Origin: Phycisphaerales bacterium
Lineage (GTDB): Bacteria > Planctomycetota > Phycisphaerae > Phycisphaerales > UBA1924
DNA length: 32,000 nt
Reading direction: 5' to 3'
Assembly (NCBI GenBank): GCA_050730655.1
Contig: JBOHNL010000019.1
Location: forward strand, 106,689-138,688
The position numbers were made by a program, and so were the translations under genes. The notes below the pieces were generated by a model that was not told the origin of the DNA, searched no databases, and was given only the letters and a program-made list of their open reading frames with translations. Shown in pieces: positions 15,976 to 25,121 of the stretch. Numbering within the stretch: the stretch's first letter is position 1; every line of letters begins with the position of its first letter.

Positions 15976-17766
15976 TTACTTGAAGATCAGAATGCCGGGA
16001 TGCATGAGCAGAACCGGTTCGCGCCGGAGCTGCATCAAGCCGTCGAAGGCCTGCGAAACCTGCGTCCACGCCTGATCGCCCACAAACTCGGACGAAACGC
16101 GGCGGAGTTCGGCAAGGGCGCCGGCCCCGATCGGCGCTTCGATCGATCCAAAGGCGTTGTCGAGCATGTCGCTAAACGTCGGCGGCGCGGGGTAATCAAC
16201 CACGTCGTACGTCGCGAGATGGAGCTGCAAGCTGAGATCAACGAGCGCGTCGCGTAGACCACCGATCTTGTCGGCCATTTTTAGATCGATCGACTTGTCG
16301 CCGGTAAAGAGCCAGCCTCCGGCAGTCTTGGAGAGGTCAATGCCTTGGCGACCCTCGGCGACGCGTTTCTTAAAGAGCTCAAATGTCTCTGTCATCTTGC
16401 CGCGGACGAGCTTGATCTGGTCCTCCGTCCACGGGGTCGTGGAATCAAACATTCCCGCCATCGGGCCGCGCGAGCGGCTGGAGACATGCACTTTCAGATG
16501 GTCGTACAGCCCACCCAAAGTGATCTTACCTCCGACAACGCCGATACTGCCGACGATGCTTGAGGGATTCACGTACGTCTTCTGACCCGCGCTTGCGATG
16601 TAGTATCCGCCGCTTGCGGCCATGCCACCCACGCTCACCCACACGGGCTTCTTCGCGGCGACCCGCTTGAGTCCCTGCCAGATGACTTCACTTGCAACGG
16701 CGCTGCCGCCGGGCGAATCGATACGGACGATGACACCCTTGACAAGATCCTCGTCGAGGATGTCCTCGAGGGCATTGCGAATCGTGCGGCTACCGACACT
16801 GCGCTCGCCTGTAAAGCCTGCCTTCGAATCGCCATCGACAATCGTTCCGTCAATGTGTAAGACGGCGATCGTGTCTTGCGTGATTTCCCGCTTCGGCGGT
16901 TTCATGATCGTGGAAAGGATCGTGAACGGATTTGCGGCAGAAAGGTCTGCCTCATCACGTGCTGCAACCAGGCTCACAGTTTTCTGATTGTCGAGATTGC
17001 TCTTCGCAGCGACGTGCTTCACCAAGCCCATAAGGTCGAGTTGCGTATCAACGAGTCCGACTGCGATTGCGTCTTCCGAATCCGCCATCCAGGCCTTGCG
17101 CATTGCTTCGTCGAGTTTGGCGTCATCCATCGAACGGCCGGTCTTGATGGCGGATCGCTGATTGGCGTAGAGGCTGTCAAGCAGTTGATCGATATTTTCG
17201 CTCCAGGGTTTGCTGGGCGACGATCGCGTCATCTGCTCGTTGGCGCCTTTGTACTCGCCAATTTGAACCATGTCGGCCTTGAGCCCGGCCCAGCCGAGAC
17301 TGTCGGCGAGAAACATCTCTTCCATGTGAATGCCGGGAAGCGAAACCGGTCCGGCGGCCTGAATGATGATTTCGTCTGCGTAGCTGCCCAGCAGCAGGTC
17401 GGTCGCGTCGTAGCCTTCGCTAAACACCGACACTCGCTTGCCCTTTGCACGGACGCGCTTGATCGCGGCGCCGATCTCCTCCGTTTGCGACATTGAAACC
17501 TTCGCGTCCTTCAAGCGGATCAGCACTGCGCCGACTTCGTCGTTCGTGGCGGCGGAGTCGATCGCGTCCACCAGTTCACGGAGCGTCTGGCCGCGCTTGC
17601 CGCCAAGGAGTGATATCGCGGTCTGGCGCGCCGGTGGAGTGCCCTTAATTTCGATGCTTCCGATCTTGCCCTTGCTGTCCGGCGCGCGGGTTTCCGCGAG
17701 CGACGAAGCGGCGAACGTGCCGACGAGTGCAAGAACAAGACGGACGGAACGACGTGCGAACGCCAT
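15976..17766 (-). CDS. sppA: signal peptide peptidase SppA, 67K (tandem S49) type
   Basis: Signal/anchor MAFARRSVRLVLALVGTFAASSLA. Two S49 halves. IDSPGGSAVASE and GGMAASGGYYIA motifs in the C-terminal half. ATG at 17766 with GGGAG 6 nt upstream. Confidence 0.9.
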   Translation of the reverse strand: MAFARRSVRLVLALVGTFAASSLAETRAPDSKGKIGSIEIKGTPPARQTAISLLGGKRGQTLRELVDAIDSAATNDEVGAVLIRLKDAKVSMSQTEEIGAAIKRVRAKGKRVSVFSEGYDATDLLLGSYADEIIIQAAGPVSLPGIHMEEMFLADSLGWAGLKADMVQIGEYKGANEQMTRSSPSKPWSENIDQLLDSLYANQRSAIKTGRSMDDAKLDEAMRKAWMADSEDAIAVGLVDTQLDLMGLVKHVAAKSNLDNQKTVSLVAARDEADLSAANPFTILSTIMKPPKREITQDTIAVLHIDGTIVDGDSKAGFTGERSVGSRTIRNALEDILDEDLVKGVIVRIDSPGGSAVASEVIWQGLKRVAAKKPVWVSVGGMAASGGYYIASAGQKTYVNPSSIVGSIGVVGGKITLGGLYDHLKVHVSSRSRGPMAGMFDSTTPWTEDQIKLVRGKMTETFELFKKRVAEGRQGIDLSKTAGGWLFTGDKSIDLKMADKIGGLRDALVDLSLQLHLATYDVVDYPAPPTFSDMLDNAFGSIEAPIGAGALAELRRVSSEFVGDQAWTQVSQAFDGLMQLRREPVLLMHPGILIFK

Positions 17767-17891
17767 GAGCAACTCCCTTTGCGGTGCGTGACGAATCCTT
17801 GGAGGGCGGAATGCGCGGGGTGATACCGGAATCCAATGGTATTGGGTGCGAATTCCCCCGAACGGACAGCCCCGGTGATCTTCAACCCGGT

Positions 17892-18305
17892 TCAGGCATA
17901 TCCGAGCCGTTCGAGGTCGTCCTCGTCAAGCCCAAATTCATGCCCGATCTCGTGAAGCAACGTAATCATGATTTCTTCGTAGACGATGTCGTCGGCTTCG
18001 GGCTGCTCGAAGCCGCCCGCGAGTTCGACGATGCCTTCGCGGAAGAGATGGATGTCCGAAGGAAGTTCGCCCGAGCGGTCCACCGACTTCTCTGTGTTGG
18101 CAACGCCCGTATGCAGCCCGCAGAAAGAGGTCGCCTCTTCTTCGTCGTTGGGGTCGACCCCGAGGTCGCGGAGCATTTCCGGTGTCGGGCGATCCAGCGC
18201 GACGACCGGCACCTCGTCGATGAGCTTGCGAAGTGCGGGCGGCAGTTGCTCGATCGCCTCTTCCAGAAGCGCGTCGAAGCGGTCACGGTCGCGTGAATTC
18301 AACAC
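17892..18305 (-). CDS. zincin-like metallopeptidase family protein (DUF1025/Zincin_1-like)
   Basis: 137-aa acidic protein with HEIGHEFGLDEDDLERLGY near the C-terminus, as in this small cytosolic family. GTG (18305) or TTG (18302) start, 4 nt after the upstream stop. Confidence 0.8.
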   Translation of the reverse strand: MLNSRDRDRFDALLEEAIEQLPPALRKLIDEVPVVALDRPTPEMLRDLGVDPNDEEEATSFCGLHTGVANTEKSVDRSGELPSDIHLFREGIVELAGGFEQPEADDIVYEEIMITLLHEIGHEFGLDEDDLERLGYA

Positions 18306-18309
18306 GGGT

Positions 18310-19347
18310 TCAGGGTACGCGTGAGCTGGACGTGCTCAAGATAGATCCGGAGAACTCGCCGTCGGTCACGGATTCGAGCGAAACCGGCGCGCTCAACACG
18401 GCGGGGAGGATCCGGAAGATATCTACCAGCACGCCGGCCATGCCGACGGTGAGGAACATCGATCCGACCGCAATGAGAACGGTGCCGAGTACCTGAGCGA
18501 TCTGTTCGATGCCGCCGGTGAACTGCGTGCCGCAGAGATGAACCAAGTCTCCGACCGAGATCACGGCGAGCGCGCCCACCATCGCGAGCATGGTCTGGCG
18601 ATCGACCTTTCCCGATCGCAGCAGCATGGAGCGGTGCACAAAGAGGCGGGCATTTGGCCTGAGACACGCGATGATGATCATCAGGAGCAGATCGCAGACC
18701 AGGCGCACCGCCGAGCGCTCCACGCTCAACTGCCCGAGTGCCACAAACGGCGTGGGCGCGATCGTGTCCATCCGATTCAGCACGATATGGAACGCCAGCG
18801 CGAGCGGCAGGTAGAGCAGAATGCCGACGACCGCCCGAGCAATCCCGTCGGCCGCGATCTGCGCGTGAGGCTTGATGAGCGCGATCGCCCCCATTCCCGA
18901 AAGCAGCGTGCAGAGCACGGCTGCATCGCCGACCCACGCGGGCGCGGGGCGGTCGGCAAACTCCGACGCGCGCACGCACCACAAACAAAGTGCTGCAAAG
19001 AGGGCTGCCAGCGGCCAGATAATCAGGCCCAGCGCCGTAAGACGCGGGAAGTAGATCGGTTGAAGCTCCGTCGCGTGAGGATCGACTTTGGCCAGAATCG
19101 TCCCGCGGATGGACATGCCGCATTCCGGGCATCGGGCGCGGATCGAAAGGCCGCGCAGGTTGTACTGGCAACGCGCGCAGCGAAGATCACCGGTCAGCTC
19201 TTTGGCGAGCAGCGGCTGATCGTTTGACGCCGCGCTGAACGCGGCAGATTGAGTCGGATCGAACGTGCTGTCCAAACTGCCCACGGCCTCCTGCGATCCC
19301 CCGCCTCTCCCTACCTCTTCTCGCCAGCCCGCCTCGCCTTCAGTCAA
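18310..19347 (-). CDS. polytopic membrane protein with N-terminal CxxC...CxxC zinc ribbon
   Basis: CARCQYNLRGLSIRARCPECG (nt 19120-19179) followed by about six hydrophobic helices. The longest ORF begins with TTG at 19347, so the exact start is uncertain. No family recognised. Confidence 0.7.
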   Translation of the reverse strand: MTEGEAGWREEVGRGGGSQEAVGSLDSTFDPTQSAAFSAASNDQPLLAKELTGDLRCARCQYNLRGLSIRARCPECGMSIRGTILAKVDPHATELQPIYFPRLTALGLIIWPLAALFAALCLWCVRASEFADRPAPAWVGDAAVLCTLLSGMGAIALIKPHAQIAADGIARAVVGILLYLPLALAFHIVLNRMDTIAPTPFVALGQLSVERSAVRLVCDLLLMIIIACLRPNARLFVHRSMLLRSGKVDRQTMLAMVGALAVISVGDLVHLCGTQFTGGIEQIAQVLGTVLIAVGSMFLTVGMAGVLVDIFRILPAVLSAPVSLESVTDGEFSGSILSTSSSRVP

Positions 19348-19430
19348 CTCTGGCAGTGCGCTCTTCGTCAGATACTAACCGAAGTGTAAAGGAATTTACG
19401 CACCCTAGCATTCGAAACCCGGAGATTCGC

Positions 19431-19667
19431 ATGGCAAGGCTGGTTCGACACGAGCAGACAGGTCCGATCAAGATCGACCCGGCGACGTGGCCCCGCGACG
19501 CGGAAGGCAATCTCAAGGCGATTTTCGTCTGCGCTTGCGGCTTATCGAGCAAGTTTCCGCTCTGCGACGGCACGCACAAGAGCTGCCGCGAGGAACCGGG
19601 TAGGTTGTACCAATATGACCCGGTGACAAAGGCAGTGCTGGATTCGACGCAGGAATCGGAGGCCTAG
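19431..19667 (+). CDS. CDGSH iron-sulfur domain-containing protein
   Basis: CACGLSSKFPLCDGTHK fits C-x-C-x2-S-x3-P-x-C-D-G-[SAT]-H. ATG at 19431 with GGAG 6 nt upstream. The ORF-track start at 19356 is less plausible. Confidence 0.85.
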   Translation: MARLVRHEQTGPIKIDPATWPRDAEGNLKAIFVCACGLSSKFPLCDGTHKSCREEPGRLYQYDPVTKAVLDSTQESEA

Positions 19668-22600
19668 CGTACGTTTTGCATCCACCGATCGATGAGTTCG
19701 ATCGGATGCGACGCGTGGTGGTCGGTTGCGTCGTGAATCTGGTGCCGGCAGGAAGTGCCGGGCGCGCAAATCGGCGTGTTCGAATCCGCTGACTTCGCCG
19801 CACGAACCGCGGGCGCGAGGGTCAACTCGCAGATCTTCATCGACAGATCGTATTTGTCTTTCGAGTAGCCGAATGAGCCGGCCATGCCGCAGCAACCGGT
19901 ATCGAGCGTGCGCACGCGCGCACCCGCAAAGAGCTTGAGCGCGGCAGCACTCGATTCGGCGCCCCAAAGCGCTTTCTGGTGGCAGTGGCCGTGAAGGATG
20001 ACGGGCGCGGTTTGGCTCGCGGCGGAATCAGCAGCATCCGCGATCGCTCGCTGGTTCGGGTGCGTCTTGGCTTCCTTCGCGAGGAATTCCTCTGCGAGGT
20101 AGCATTTCGCGGCGATTCGGCGCCGCAGCTCGATCGAGCCTTCGAGCTTGAGTTGCAGCCAGTCGTCCTTGATTGCGGAGAGACAGGACGGTTCGATGAC
20201 GAGAATGGCGCGAACGTTTGGATCTTCGGCAAACGGCCGCAGAAGTTCGATGGTTCGATCAATCTGCGTGGTGGCATCTTCGAGCAGTCCCGTTGAGATG
20301 AGGGTTCTGCCGCAGCAGCCGGCATCGGCGAGCGTGACGCGGTAGCCGAGTTTTTCGTAGACGCGCATTGCCGCGGCACCGATGCCTGAATCGAGATACA
20401 TCGTGAAGCAGTCGCCGAAGAGGGCCACCGTTGGGCGCCCGGACCGGTGCGGAGCCTCACGCCAGAACCATCGCTTCAGGCTCGGTGAAAACGGCGGCAC
20501 GGTTCGACGCGCATCGAATCCCATGACGGCGTTGATTAGCGGACGGCCCACGCTGGACGAATTCATCCAGTTGCTGATCCTGTGCGTGAATGAGCCGAGT
20601 CGCGCCAGCGGCCGGAAATGCCCAAGCAGCATCGTCTTCAGCGGCGCGAATCCGAGCTGACGGAAGCGCTGCCCGGTGTACTCCGCCTTCAGCCGCGCAA
20701 TATCAACGTTGCTCGGACACTCTGTCTTGCACGCTTTGCAGGAGAGACAGAGATCGAGCGTCTTGATCGTTTCGATGTCATTCCACGCAGGCTCGGCGCT
20801 GCCCGGTGTCAACTGACCAGTGATCGCCAGCCGCAGCGCATTGCCACGCCCGCGCGTGCTGTGACGCTCATCGAGCGTGCCCATGTACGAAGGGCACATC
20901 GTGCCGCCGGATTTCTTGCGGCAGACGCCCGAGCCGTTGCACATCTCGACCGCACCATCAAAACCATGCTGATCGTCATAGGTGAAAAACGTGTTGATCG
21001 GTGGAATCGAAATCGGGGTGCCCGCGGGCTCGATGCGGAGATCCTCGGCAATCGCCTCGATCGGGCGAGGCTCGACGATGTTGCCGGGGTTGAGTAGATT
21101 GCGGGGATCGAAGATCTCTTTGACGTCCCGCAGCGCCTGCATCAACTGCGGACCGTAAAAGCGCTCGAGCAGAGGCCCGCGCACGCGCCCGTCGCCGTGC
21201 TCGCCGGACATCACGCCGCCGAGACTCTTGGCGAGATCGGCCGCCTCAACGGCGATCGCCTGCATTCGGCGGCGGTCCTCTTCATCGTGGATATCGATCA
21301 GCGGGCGCACATGCAGGACACCGACCGACGCGTGCGCCCAGTATGCCGCCCGAGTGCCGTGCTTCGTGACAATTTCCCGAAGGCGACGCACGAACTCGAC
21401 GAGATGCTCGACGGGGACAGCGTTGTCTTCGATGAACGTAATCGGCTTTCGCGCGCCGGCAACGCCGTGCAGTAGCGGCTCGCCGGCCTTGCGAAGCTTC
21501 CACGCGCTCGCCATCGAAGCTGCGTCGGTCACCTCTTTCATCGCCACCGACGGAAACAGACGGCGAAGCGACTCGAACTTGGTGCTCAACTCTTCGCTGC
21601 TGTTGCCGTAATACTCGACATAGAGAATCGCGCGAAGCTCGCCCGAATGCGGGCGCGGCATGATCTCAACGTACTTTCGATATTCAATATTCGCCCGGGC
21701 GAGATCAATGACCGTGTCATCGAGCAGTTCGACCGCAGAGGGGCCGGTCGTGAGAATCGGCACCGTTGCCTCAATCGCCGGATCCAGATCCGAGAAACTC
21801 AGCAGCGCGAGGCCTTTGAGCTTCGGACGCAGATGAAGTCTTAACTGCGCGCCGAGCGTGACGGCGAGTGTGCCCTCGCTTCCCGCGAGCAGGTGGGCCA
21901 GATTGATTCCGTCGAGATCGCCCCGCGAGGCTTCGATCTGATTGAGCATCAGATCAAGGCTGTAACCCGCATTGCGCCGAACGGTCTTGGGAAACCGCTC
22001 ACGGATCGCGGCGCGATTGCGAAGAACCACATCTACCACGCGGCGCGTCAGCCGCCCGATGTGCTCGTGCCGCGATGCGGCACCTGCTTCCAATCGGGCG
22101 ACAAATCCATCAGCGAGGCAGGCATCGACCGAAATCAAGTTCTCCGAAGTGCGTCCATACAGGATGGACCGAGCGCCCGCCGCGTTGTTGCCGATGCAGC
22201 CACCGACATTGGCGTGTTTCGAAGTCGCTGGGTCGGGCGCGAAAAAGAGTCCGGTCGCGGCAAGCTTTTCATTGAGATCGTCCGGCGTGATCCCGGGTTC
22301 GACGCGGCAAGTCTTCGCGTGTACGTCGGTCTCAAGGAGACCATCGCAGCGGCTGGAGAAGTCGATCACAACCGCGCGATTGGTGCACTGCCCGGCGAGA
22401 GAGGTGCCGCCGCCCCGGGGCAGAATCGGGAGATCTCGCGATAAACAGAACCGGACCCCCCGCACCGCATCGTCCGTGCTCGCCGGGATAAAGACGCCCA
22501 AAGGCTCGACCTGGTAAAGCGACGCATCGGTTGCGTAAAGCAGCCGATCATGCAGGCCAAATCGAACTTCGCCCTCTACCGCCGAAGCGAAGGCGCGCGA

Positions 22601-22702
22601 GACCGCATCGCGATCGAAATCCGCCGGGATGCCCGGCGCAGACCACGACCGTGCGCCCGGCGCACTCGAAGACCCGCTGTTCAGGACTGGAAGACTCGTC
22701 AT
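19664..22702 (-). CDS. fused FAD-binding (GlcD-like) / 4Fe-4S / CCG-domain oxidoreductase, YdiJ-like D-2-hydroxyacid dehydrogenase family
   Basis: N-terminal FAD-PCMH domain (LLYATDASLYQ..., PRGGGTSLAGQ). Cys clusters CNGSGVCRKKSGGTMCP and CLSCKACKTECP. C-terminal Cys-rich GlpC-like repeats. Start uncertain: ATG at 22702, 22720 or 22729, or GTG at 22840. Starting at 22702 gives a length close to E. coli YdiJ. Confidence 0.85.
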   Translation of the reverse strand: MTSLPVLNSGSSSAPGARSWSAPGIPADFDRDAVSRAFASAVEGEVRFGLHDRLLYATDASLYQVEPLGVFIPASTDDAVRGVRFCLSRDLPILPRGGGTSLAGQCTNRAVVIDFSSRCDGLLETDVHAKTCRVEPGITPDDLNEKLAATGLFFAPDPATSKHANVGGCIGNNAAGARSILYGRTSENLISVDACLADGFVARLEAGAASRHEHIGRLTRRVVDVVLRNRAAIRERFPKTVRRNAGYSLDLMLNQIEASRGDLDGINLAHLLAGSEGTLAVTLGAQLRLHLRPKLKGLALLSFSDLDPAIEATVPILTTGPSAVELLDDTVIDLARANIEYRKYVEIMPRPHSGELRAILYVEYYGNSSEELSTKFESLRRLFPSVAMKEVTDAASMASAWKLRKAGEPLLHGVAGARKPITFIEDNAVPVEHLVEFVRRLREIVTKHGTRAAYWAHASVGVLHVRPLIDIHDEEDRRRMQAIAVEAADLAKSLGGVMSGEHGDGRVRGPLLERFYGPQLMQALRDVKEIFDPRNLLNPGNIVEPRPIEAIAEDLRIEPAGTPISIPPINTFFTYDDQHGFDGAVEMCNGSGVCRKKSGGTMCPSYMGTLDERHSTRGRGNALRLAITGQLTPGSAEPAWNDIETIKTLDLCLSCKACKTECPSNVDIARLKAEYTGQRFRQLGFAPLKTMLLGHFRPLARLGSFTHRISNWMNSSSVGRPLINAVMGFDARRTVPPFSPSLKRWFWREAPHRSGRPTVALFGDCFTMYLDSGIGAAAMRVYEKLGYRVTLADAGCCGRTLISTGLLEDATTQIDRTIELLRPFAEDPNVRAILVIEPSCLSAIKDDWLQLKLEGSIELRRRIAAKCYLAEEFLAKEAKTHPNQRAIADAADSAASQTAPVILHGHCHQKALWGAESSAAALKLFAGARVRTLDTGCCGMAGSFGYSKDKYDLSMKICELTLAPAVRAAKSADSNTPICAPGTSCRHQIHDATDHHASHPIELIDRWMQNVR

Positions 22703-22886
22703 CGCCGATACATTCCGCATGGGCCGCATGGGCCGCGTGGACCGAAAGTTCGGCCACGGTGGACTATACGGATCGGCACGATCGCCCCGCGTGCTGAAGG
22801 AGGGTGTGTGAAGTTCGATGGGGCAATTGAACCCGAACACAGCGCTGTGCGCTCAAGTCACGGCGCACATCTGAATGGAGTGAATC

Positions 22887-25049
22887 ATGTCGAACTTGCG
22901 AGTTGCCCTGGCTCTTTCGCTGGTCTCGGGTCTTTGCTGCGCAATGCCCGCGCGGACGGCGCTCGGGGCATGGGTTGAGAACGAAACCGTTGCTGCGGCA
23001 GATGCCAAGAACGTTGCCGGTGCCGCTCTCCCCATCACCCGAATCACGCTTTATCGCTCCGGCGTTGCGTCCTTCGAGCGTGCGGGAACTGTTTCCGGCG
23101 ACGCCACGCTTCGACTGAGGTTCGACAACGCACAGGTCAACGACGTCCTCAAGTCTCTGGTCGCGGCAGACATGTCCGGCAAGGGCACGGTTCGAGGCGT
23201 CACCTATGCAAGCAACGCGCCGCTGGCACGGAGGCTGGCGGCGTTTGGAATCAATCTCGGTGATGACCCGTCCATGGGCGCGCTGCTCGGCCGGCTCCGC
23301 GGAGCCGAAGTGAAAGTGACTTCCGCGAATGGAACCGTCAGCGGCACAATCCTCGGCAGCGAAGTCCGCGAGGAAGCCAGCGGGAATGCGCAGAAAACCA
23401 TTCAGGTTCCGTTCCTGAACGTCGTGGGCAAAGGCGGCATCCACTCCGTCAATCTCTACGAAGCACGTTCCATCGAACTGGCCGATCCCGACCTGCAGGC
23501 CGAACTCACCAAGGCGCTCACGGCCATCGCGCAGCAACGCCAGGAACAAAGCCGCTCACTCGATGTCTCGTTTGCGGGCAACGGTGATCGCGAGGTCGCC
23601 GTGATGTACACACACGAGTCGCCGGTCTGGAAAGCGTCGTACCGCGTGCTGCTCGATGAGAAAGCGCCGACGCGTATGAGCGGCTGGGCGATCATCGAGA
23701 ACACGACCGACGAAGATTGGACGGATGTGCGTCTCTCGCTCGTTTCGGGCCGGCCCGTCAGTTTCACGATGGATTTGCAGGAGCCGCTGTTTGCATACCG
23801 GCCCAATGTCGCCGTTCCTTCCGTCGGCGGCATGATGCCGCGGACGTACGAAGACAGCGTTGGTGATCGTTCCTTTACACAGGACAAAGCGAAAGACGAG
23901 CTGCAGGCGGCAGGTCGGAAAATGTCGATCGCAAATAGAGGGCAATCCGTGGAGGGGAAACGCGGCTACGGCTTCGCCGACTCTCCGGCCGCATCGCCGG
24001 CGTTGGAGCAATCACTCCGAGAACGCGATGCGTCCATTGGCGGCGCAATGTCCTCGTCAATGGCTTCGGGTGCCGATGGCGTCGTGACCGGTGAGGTCTT
24101 TCATTACGACGTCTCAACCCCCACCACGATCGCCCGCCAGAGTTCCGCGATGATTCCGATTGTCGGCGCTGACGTCAAAACTCGTCGCGTCAGCATCCTC
24201 TCACCCGGACCCGCCAACCAGACCCGCTATCCCATGCGAGGCATGGAACTCACCAACTCCACCGATCTTCAACTTCTCCCCGGCCCGCTCGCGATCTACG
24301 ACTCGGGTGTGTACGCCGGTGACTCGATGATCGAACAGATCGGCCCCGGCGATACGCGGCTGGTCTCGTACGCGACCGACCTCGAAGTCGTCGCAGTCAC
24401 CGAAGAGTCGTCTTCCACCGACATCAAGCGCCTGCGCATCGTGCAGGGAAGCTTCGAGCAACGCTCGATCTCCACGCAGACCACCACGTACAAGCTTCGC
24501 AACAAGAACGAGAAAACCGGGCGAACGGTGATTCTGGAGCAGCCCCGCCTGGGCGGTTACAAACTCATCGAATCGCTCAAGCCCGTGAGCGAGACCGCAT
24601 CCCTCTATCGCTTCGAAGTCGAGTTGAAACCCGGCGAGAAGAAAGACTTCACGGTCGTGCAGGAGTCCGCGGGCATCACCACCCTCGGCATCAATTCCTA
24701 CGACGACCGCACCATCCTCGCGTGGCAGCAATCGGGCAAGGTCTCACCCAAGGTGCTCGAAGTCTTCCGCGACGTCGCCAAACGCCAGGCCGCGATCAAG
24801 ACCCTCGAACGCAAGATGTCTGACCTCGACACCGAATGGAAGCGCATCAGCGACGACCAGACCCGCACCCGCGCGAACATGCAGGCGATCGATCGCAATT
24901 CCGATCTTTACGCCCGCTATATGAAGAAGCTCGGCGAGCAGGAAACCCAGGGCGAGCAGATCGGCGCTGACAACATCAACACCAAGAACGAACTGCGCAA
25001 ACTGCAGGAGGAGTTGAACAAGTATTTGAGCGATCTGACGGTCGAGTAA
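22887..25049 (+). CDS. exported DUF4139/DUF4140-like protein with C-terminal coiled coil
   Basis: Signal peptide MSNLRVALALSLVSGLCCAMPARTALG. N-terminus ITRITLYRSGVASFERAG...LRLRF..AQVNDVLKSL resembles the DUF4140 N-terminal module. GGAG 6 nt upstream of the ATG. Family call is from memory only. Confidence 0.6.
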   Translation: MSNLRVALALSLVSGLCCAMPARTALGAWVENETVAAADAKNVAGAALPITRITLYRSGVASFERAGTVSGDATLRLRFDNAQVNDVLKSLVAADMSGKGTVRGVTYASNAPLARRLAAFGINLGDDPSMGALLGRLRGAEVKVTSANGTVSGTILGSEVREEASGNAQKTIQVPFLNVVGKGGIHSVNLYEARSIELADPDLQAELTKALTAIAQQRQEQSRSLDVSFAGNGDREVAVMYTHESPVWKASYRVLLDEKAPTRMSGWAIIENTTDEDWTDVRLSLVSGRPVSFTMDLQEPLFAYRPNVAVPSVGGMMPRTYEDSVGDRSFTQDKAKDELQAAGRKMSIANRGQSVEGKRGYGFADSPAASPALEQSLRERDASIGGAMSSSMASGADGVVTGEVFHYDVSTPTTIARQSSAMIPIVGADVKTRRVSILSPGPANQTRYPMRGMELTNSTDLQLLPGPLAIYDSGVYAGDSMIEQIGPGDTRLVSYATDLEVVAVTEESSSTDIKRLRIVQGSFEQRSISTQTTTYKLRNKNEKTGRTVILEQPRLGGYKLIESLKPVSETASLYRFEVELKPGEKKDFTVVQESAGITTLGINSYDDRTILAWQQSGKVSPKVLEVFRDVAKRQAAIKTLERKMSDLDTEWKRISDDQTRTRANMQAIDRNSDLYARYMKKLGEQETQGEQIGADNINTKNELRKLQEELNKYLSDLTVE

Positions 25050-25082
25050 CGCCAGGCCAAGTCAACTCCGAATTCATTGCCG

Positions 25083-25121
25083 CCGCCGATCGAACTCTGA
25101 AGCGATCGGCGGTGTTTTTTT
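25083..25121 (+). terminator. rho-independent terminator
   Basis: Perfect 10-bp stem CCGCCGATCG (25083-25092) / CGATCGGCGG (25103-25112), 10-nt loop, then TG plus T7 (25115-25121). The T-tract overlaps the TAA stop (25120-25122) of the convergent gene. Confidence 0.8.

Noticed and set aside
15074-16075. 333-aa plus-strand ORF opposite the aldo/keto reductase
   Set aside because: It is a shadow ORF. The minus-strand frame carries the AKR signature and the plus-strand product has none.
22764-23549. 261-aa minus-strand ORF overlapping the start of the DUF4139-like gene, plus other long alternative-frame ORFs (4521..5303, 7256..7921, 18299..19171, 26683..27492)
   Set aside because: All lie inside better-supported genes that have signal peptides or family motifs. 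Their composition (Arg/Gly/Ala/Pro-rich) is that expected from out-of-frame or antisense GC-rich coding DNA.
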